NCBI GenBank assembly: GCA_937128595.1
Contig: CAKZMO010000409.1
Coordinates: 1-22,583, forward strand
Origin: an uncultured cyanobacterium
GTDB lineage: Bacteria > Cyanobacteriota > Cyanobacteriia > CAKZMO01
Length of the DNA: 22,583 nucleotides
Direction of reading: 5' to 3'
The notes beneath the pieces were generated by a model that was not told the origin of the DNA, made no database searches, and saw only the letters and a list, made by a program, of their open reading frames with translations. Both the position numbers and the translations under genes were made by a program. Each line of letters begins with the position of its first letter. Position 1 is the first letter of the stretch. This document shows, piece by piece, positions 17,744-22,583 of this stretch.

Positions 17744-18829
17744 TTGTCGAATTCAACAGAGACTTCAAGCTTTTCAGAAGTCAACAGCAATTCACGTTCT
17801 AACTCAAGTCCTGGTTCTGATTTAGAAGCGTCAGAGTCTAAAATTCTAGGGATGAATCTATTAGAAACTCAAACCCTTATTTTCCTACATTTGATGAAAA
17901 CTGGGGGGCGTACTTTAGTTCATGTCCTCAAGCAAAATTCCGATCAAAATACTCGGTTTCACTGTAGCCAAAAACCAGGAGAAACGCTGCAAGATCTGCA
18001 GGCTATGAGTGAAGAACAGCGGCGATCGCTCCATTTATTCTACGGACATATCGAGTTTGGACTTCACGCAACCTTGCCTCAGCCCTCAACTTATGTCACT
18101 CTGCTGCGTCATCCGGTCGATCGAGTTATATCTCACTACTATTATGGGTTCTTCACCGAAAAACACTACACTCATGATTTGGTGAACACCGAAAATATGA
18201 GTCTCGCCGATTATATGGCTTACGGTATGACGGAGCTGGATAACGGCCAAACTCGTCGTATTGCAGGTTCTATTTCCAGCACGATTCCTTTTGGGAAATG
18301 CACGCCTGAGTTGCTAGAAATCGCTAAGAAAAATATTGATGAAAAATTTCTGCTGATTGGTCTCACGGAGCGATTTGATGAATTTTTATTGCTCTTGGGG
18401 CGATCGCTCGGTCTTAAACAAATTCTCTATACTCGCTCTAACGTCAACACCAGAAAACCAGGTTCAAAACAAATTACTGAAGTGGATCGAGCTAGTGTTT
18501 TAAAACACAACCAGCTTGATTTAGAACTTTATCGGTACGCGGCTGAAAAATTTGATCGCCTCATTGAAAGCTTCGGTGAACCGTTTCAGTCAGAACTCGA
18601 GTTGTTTCAAGCATCCAATCAACAGTATGCTGAGTTGCAATCGACTCTTGCCCGATCTCGCCGCAGGCTTCAAGAGGCTCGTAAGCGTCTCAATAAGTCG
18701 CGCCGTAATAGAGACAAAGTACAGTCTCAACTAAACCCGATTCAACATACGGTGGAAGGGGCGATCGCCAGTCCTTACGGCCAGCTTTGGCAACGGTGGA
18801 GTCGCCTCAAGTCCAAGATTCAGAAATGA
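17744..18829 (+). CDS. PAPS-dependent sulfotransferase-like protein (paralog 2). TTG start at 17744; the first ATG is at 17852.
   Basis: About 45% identical to paralog 1 across the core. The same motifs are present: [39 protein letters not shown]. Ser/Asn-rich N-terminal tail. C-terminal basic coiled-coil ending ...[19 protein letters not shown]. Its AT content is somewhat higher than the neighbours'. Confidence 0.65.
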   Translation: MSNSTETSSFSEVNSNSRSNSSPGSDLEASESKILGMNLLETQTLIFLHLMKTGGRTLVHVLKQNSDQNTRFHCSQKPGETLQDLQAMSEEQRRSLHLFYGHIEFGLHATLPQPSTYVTLLRHPVDRVISHYYYGFFTEKHYTHDLVNTENMSLADYMAYGMTELDNGQTRRIAGSISSTIPFGKCTPELLEIAKKNIDEKFLLIGLTERFDEFLLLLGRSLGLKQILYTRSNVNTRKPGSKQITEVDRASVLKHNQLDLELYRYAAEKFDRLIESFGEPFQSELELFQASNQQYAELQSTLARSRRRLQEARKRLNKSRRNRDKVQSQLNPIQHTVEGAIASPYGQLWQRWSRLKSKIQK

Positions 18830-19869
18830 ATGATTCTCACGATTACCTTTCGAGCGAACTTCTTTCGAGCGATCGCATCAAGCAAAAAGCGCTGGATCTG
18901 GGATTTCACAAGGTCGGTATTGCTCGGGTGGATGACGCAGCTCTCGATGCTATGCAACAGCCCGTGGCTCATCTTAACCAGTGGCTTCACCAGGGCTATC
19001 ACGCCGACATGGGCTGGATGGAAGCTCCCCGCCGCAAAGACATTCGCGCCGTGATGCCTGAAGTGCAGTCTGTGATTTGCGTGGCGCTTAACTACTACAC
19101 GCCTCATCCGCATTCCGAAGATCCCAGCCATGGCAAGATTTCTCGCTATGGCTGGGGACGGGACTACCATCGGGTTCTAGAGAAAAAACTGAAAGCTCTT
19201 TCTGCATGGCTTCAGGAACAGCACGCAGTCTGGCGCTCCAGTCTCGGCGGTTTGAGTTCTTCGATTCCCGATCATTCAAGCTCTGATAGCGCTAGTCATA
19301 AACTCTATCTGCGCCACTACGCCGACACGGGGCCGATACAGGACAAGGCTTGGGCACAGCAAGCGGGTATTGGCTGGGTGGCGAAAAACAGCAATGTCAT
19401 CACCCGTGAATACGGTTCCTGGGTGTTTCTCGGCGAACTGCTGACGAGTCTGCCGCTCACTCCCGATCGCCCCCATGCCCAACATTGTGGAACCTGCACT
19501 CGATGTCTTGATGCCTGCCCCACTGAAGCCATTACTCAACCTTTTGTCGTTGATGCCAATCGCTGCATTGCCTATCACACGATTGAGAATCGAGCGGAAG
19601 AATTGCCTGAGGCGATCGCCCCAAATCTTCAGGGATGGATTGCAGGCTGCGATATTTGTCAGGATGTCTGTCCTTGGAATCAGCGCTTTGCAAAGGAAAC
19701 CGACGTGCCTGACTTTCAGCCCTATGATTGGAATATCGCTCCTGATTTAACGGAACTCGCTGAAGCTTCTGATGCAGAGTTGCGCGATCGCTTCCCGGCT
19801 TCTGCTCTCCGTCGCATTAAACCAGCCATGATGCGACGCAATGCACGAGCAAACCTGTCCTCACCGTAG
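18826..19869 (+). CDS. queG: Epoxyqueuosine reductase QueG (tRNA queuosine biosynthesis, 4Fe-4S, cobalamin-dependent). An alternative TTG start lies at 18787.
   Basis: Two ferredoxin-type Cys motifs, [12 protein letters not shown] and [39 protein letters not shown] core. The ATG at 18826 overlaps the upstream stop (ATGA). Confidence 0.85.
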   Translation: MNDSHDYLSSELLSSDRIKQKALDLGFHKVGIARVDDAALDAMQQPVAHLNQWLHQGYHADMGWMEAPRRKDIRAVMPEVQSVICVALNYYTPHPHSEDPSHGKISRYGWGRDYHRVLEKKLKALSAWLQEQHAVWRSSLGGLSSSIPDHSSSDSASHKLYLRHYADTGPIQDKAWAQQAGIGWVAKNSNVITREYGSWVFLGELLTSLPLTPDRPHAQHCGTCTRCLDACPTEAITQPFVVDANRCIAYHTIENRAEELPEAIAPNLQGWIAGCDICQDVCPWNQRFAKETDVPDFQPYDWNIAPDLTELAEASDAELRDRFPASALRRIKPAMMRRNARANLSSP

Positions 19870-20079
19870 ATGTAGTTTGGGTCGCTTGCATTAGGGCAGA
19901 CTTGTATCCGCAGATATCGCAGATGAACGCAGATGAACGTAGGTGTTTGAGTCGAGCGTAGATACGAAAGTCGAGGCAAGACGCTGAACGCGTCCATCTG
20001 CAATGTCTGCGCCATTTGTAATGAAGCGTTGGATTAATGACTTGACTCAAGCGGCTTTCCTCTGTCTGTAAATCTGTTC

Positions 20080-20176
20080 TATAGCTGTAGTCAGTTTATT
20101 TAGGACATAGACGTTTTTTGTAGCCGCGCGCCGCGCGGCTACAAAAAACGTCCTAAGGCTAATGGCTGTAGCTATA
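20080..20176. repeat. MITE-like element, subfamily 2 (copy D). Termini ctatagctgtag...ctgtagctata. The central 43-nt near-perfect palindrome at 20110-20152 is gacgttttttgtagccgcgcg-c-cgcgcggctacaaaaaacgtc.
   Basis: Same architecture as subfamily 1: 'ctatagc' terminus, a 'ttaggac' sub-terminal motif, and a GC core agCCGCGC..GCGCGGct. The stem arms differ. Located between queG and the TPR gene. Confidence 0.65.
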
Positions 20177-20371
20177 ACGTTGATGACCACAGCGATATAT
20201 CACGAGGTGATCTGTCGCGAATACAGACACACATATTCGTCAACGGCTTGTCAAAATTAAGCGTTGCCTCTATTCGTTTGCAAAATCACTCTGAATTCGC
20301 TCGTCAATCGTCGAAGAGATGATCTAAGCTATCGGAAGCATTGTTCCTAAGTTGCGGGATGCCTGATTACT

Positions 20372-21244
20372 GTGCGAAAACGCCGTTCTCTTCTATCGAT
20401 TCTTTTTACTGCTAGCCTATGGGGTGCGGCTTTGCCAGCCTTTGGCCAAGCGCTTGTTCCCCATGTGCTTGAACTTGATCCTTTGCGGATGGAGCAGCAA
20501 GGTCTGTTTCTTGCCCAAGAGGCTGTTCAGCTTGCTCAATTTCAGCAGTTTGACTTGGCTTTGACCCGTGCCCAACTGGCTTCTCAACTGGCACCCGAAT
20601 CACCTCAGGTATGGCTGCTGTTGGGGCGGCTTTACTTGCAACAAGAAGATTATGACCAGTCTCTGAGCGCGATTCTCAAAGCTCGTACCCTCGATCCTCA
20701 AGATCCAGCAGCTTTGTTTGATTTGGGTTCTCTCTACTTTCGACAAGGACAATATGAACGTGCCGCTCGATCGCTTGAGGATGGGCTGAAGGTATCGCCT
20801 ACCGTTCCAGGTGCCCTGTTCGACTTAGGCAATACTTACTTCAAACTGGAGCGCTATGATGAGGCGATCGCCCAATACGAAAAAGCGGTAGAGCTAGATG
20901 AAACGTTTTGGCCTGCGATCAACAATGTGGGGCTGGTGCTCTATGAGCAGGGCGATGTTGACGGAGCCGTTGACTATTGGGAAGAAGCTGCTGACTTGAC
21001 CGATTCTGAAGAGGCTGAGCCTCTGTTGGCGATCGCCGTTGCCCTGTACGCTGAAGGCGATCAAGATGCGGCCATTGCGGCTGGAGAATCGGCACTAGAA
21101 CTCGACAGTCGCTATGCCGATTTGGATTTCCTGGCGGAAAACCTTTGGGGCGCTCGGCTCTTGGAAGACACTCAGATGTTCTTAGCTTTGCCTGCTATCC
21201 GGGAAACATTAGCGCGAGTTGGCCCTCCACCAGAAGTGCAATAG
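20372..21244 (+). CDS. Secreted or periplasmic tetratricopeptide-repeat (TPR) protein.
   Basis: N-terminal signal peptide (MRKRRSLLSILFTASLWGAALPAFGQA), then several 34-aa TPR-like units (W-LG-Y...A-F---P). GTG start. Confidence 0.7.
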   Translation: MRKRRSLLSILFTASLWGAALPAFGQALVPHVLELDPLRMEQQGLFLAQEAVQLAQFQQFDLALTRAQLASQLAPESPQVWLLLGRLYLQQEDYDQSLSAILKARTLDPQDPAALFDLGSLYFRQGQYERAARSLEDGLKVSPTVPGALFDLGNTYFKLERYDEAIAQYEKAVELDETFWPAINNVGLVLYEQGDVDGAVDYWEEAADLTDSEEAEPLLAIAVALYAEGDQDAAIAAGESALELDSRYADLDFLAENLWGARLLEDTQMFLALPAIRETLARVGPPPEVQ

Positions 21245-21248
21245 GATT

Positions 21249-22583
21249 TCAAATCTCGGACACCATCTGAGTGGCAATTTGATTGGTACGCTCCACGAGC
21301 AGCGGCAAATCCACAGGTACGAGCTGTCCCTGATCGACTACCCGCTTGCCATTGATAAAGCTGTAGTTCACTCGATCAGTGAGGCAGAAAATCACGGCAG
21401 CCACCGGATCGTGAAGGGCTCCGGCAAACTGAGGTTGATCGAGGCTGACCGCGATAAAATCTGCTGCCATGCCAGGGGCGATCGCCCCAATGTCGTCGCG
21501 CCCTAGCACTCGTGCGCCTCCTAGGGTGGCAACGTCAAGAATCTCCCGTGCGGTCATGGCTGAAGCTGATCCTTCTCTGACTCGCGCCATGAGAAAAGCG
21601 GTGCGGGCCTCCTGGAGAAGATTGCCCGTATCATTTGAGGCAGAGCCATCGACGCCTAACCCTACCGGAACATGATGGTCGAGCATTTTCCGAATCGGAG
21701 CCATGCCGCTAGCTAACCGCATGTTGCTACAGGGACAGTGAGCCACGCCCGTACCCGTGCGGCCAAATTTGGCGATCGAGTCATCGCTGAGCTGAACACA
21801 GTGGGCGTGCCACACATCATCTCCTAGCCAGCCGACGGATTCGGCATAGTCTCCTGGAATCATACCGAAATTAGCCAAGCTGTAGTCTACATCAGAGGTA
21901 TTTTCCGCCAGGTGAGTGTGAAGACGGACTCCAGCGTAAGAACGAGCCAGAGCCGCAGACTCTCGCATCAGATCTCGCGATACAGAAAAGGGTGAACAGG
22001 GAGCTAGCGTAATCCGCAACATGGAGTAGCGAGAGGGATCGTGATATTTCTGAATGAGCCGCTGCGAATCTTTGAGAATGGCCTTCTCTTGCTCTACTAA
22101 TGAATCGGGAGGCAGACCTCCTTTGCTTTCCCCCAGACTCATGCTGCCACGACTGGCGTGGAATCGTAGACCCATCGCCTGAATTGCACGAATCTCATCA
22201 TCTAGAGTGCAGTCGTTGGGAAACAGGTAGAGGTGATCGCTAGCTGTGGTGCAACCCGACAATATCAGTTCTGCGGCTGCCATTTGGGCACTCACATAAG
22301 TTCCTTCTGCTGTCAGCTTTGACCAGATAGGATAGAGCGTTTGCAGCCAGTTAAACAGCGTTCCGTCTTGGGCGGCTGGAATGACTCGCGTGAGAGCTTG
22401 GAAAAAGTGATGGTGAGTGTTGACAAGTCCGGGAAGAACGACGTGGCGATCGCCCAAGTCGAGCACTTCGTCTGCCGAGTCGGGTAGATCTTCGGGCGAG
22501 CCTACTTGTTCGATAACTCCATCTCTAGCAAAAATGGCACTTCGGCGCAGTTCTCGCCGCGCTGCATCCATTGTCACTAGAGT
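21249..22583 (-). CDS. Metal-dependent amidohydrolase of the TRZ/ATZ chlorohydrolase / guanine-deaminase-like family. The N-terminus probably extends beyond the window end.
   Basis: HHH motif (LVNTHHHFFQ). Downstream HTHLAE, HAHC and D-x-S-A-S-N metal-ligand motifs. The frame stays open to nt 22583, and the family normally has about 15-30 more N-terminal residues. Confidence 0.75.
   Translation of the reverse strand, partial: TLVTMDAARRELRRSAIFARDGVIEQVGSPEDLPDSADEVLDLGDRHVVLPGLVNTHHHFFQALTRVIPAAQDGTLFNWLQTLYPIWSKLTAEGTYVSAQMAAAELILSGCTTASDHLYLFPNDCTLDDEIRAIQAMGLRFHASRGSMSLGESKGGLPPDSLVEQEKAILKDSQRLIQKYHDPSRYSMLRITLAPCSPFSVSRDLMRESAALARSYAGVRLHTHLAENTSDVDYSLANFGMIPGDYAESVGWLGDDVWHAHCVQLSDDSIAKFGRTGTGVAHCPCSNMRLASGMAPIRKMLDHHVPVGLGVDGSASNDTGNLLQEARTAFLMARVREGSASAMTAREILDVATLGGARVLGRDDIGAIAPGMAADFIAVSLDQPQFAGALHDPVAAVIFCLTDRVNYSFINGKRVVDQGQLVPVDLPLLVERTNQIATQMVSEI

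Noticed and set aside
18820-20050. ORFs 18820..19170(-), 18830..19054(+), 19088..19279(-), 19276..19578(-), 19317..19532(-), 19475..19750(+), 19722..20015(-) and 19817..20050(-) around queG.
   Set aside because: They are alternate-frame or antisense ORFs inside queG, or run into the repeat-rich spacer. 19722..20015 and 19817..20050 span the queG 3' end and the decamer-repeat region and have no coding periodicity.
21219-21675. ORFs 21219..21506(+) and 21469..21675(+), antisense to the amidohydrolase.
   Set aside because: They overlap an amidohydrolase with intact metal-binding motifs. The Arg/Ser-rich composition is typical of antisense GC-rich frames.

Overview
This 22.6-kb window looks like cyanobacterial chromosomal DNA. 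The octamer GCGATCGC (HIP1) occurs dozens of times, several genes start with GTG or TTG, and Shine-Dalgarno sequences are weak. Most of the content is recognisable housekeeping. On the minus strand there is a conserved lipid-synthesis run, plsX-fabH-fabD-plsC, followed by a prohibitin-like SPFH gene. Next to it lies an rpaB-type OmpR response regulator, divergent from radA/sms. The window also holds a Cache-like sensor histidine kinase, an MBOAT O-acyltransferase, a DUF482/FemAB-like GNAT acyltransferase, a YkgJ-type CxxCxxCC protein, queG, a secreted TPR protein and a TRZ/ATZ-type amidohydrolase that runs off the window end. Three things are less ordinary. (1) A family of about 100-bp MITE-like elements with 'ctatagc' termini and a GC-rich central hairpin (agCCGCGC-n-GCGCGGct). 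Four copies are present in two subfamilies and in both flank orientations, all in intergenic gaps, and together they bracket two gene blocks. (2) One bracketed block is a tandem pair of diverged PAPS-type sulfotransferase paralogs. Both carry the 5'-PSB motif KTGG and the 3'-PB motif RxPxxRxxS, a Ser-rich N-terminal tail, and a C-terminal basic coiled-coil ending in a Trp-rich amphipathic segment. (3) The other bracketed block has three uncharacterised genes next to an orphan MBOAT: a small 4-TM protein; a protein with a Ser/Glu-rich linker and a wHTH-like C-terminus; and a translationally coupled 3-TM protein ending in RRRRRRRWR. RadA also carries a roughly 50-aa Lys/acidic-rich insertion between its Walker A region and the conserved LYLL-ETDLE segment. 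No CRISPR arrays, tRNAs or rRNAs were seen.
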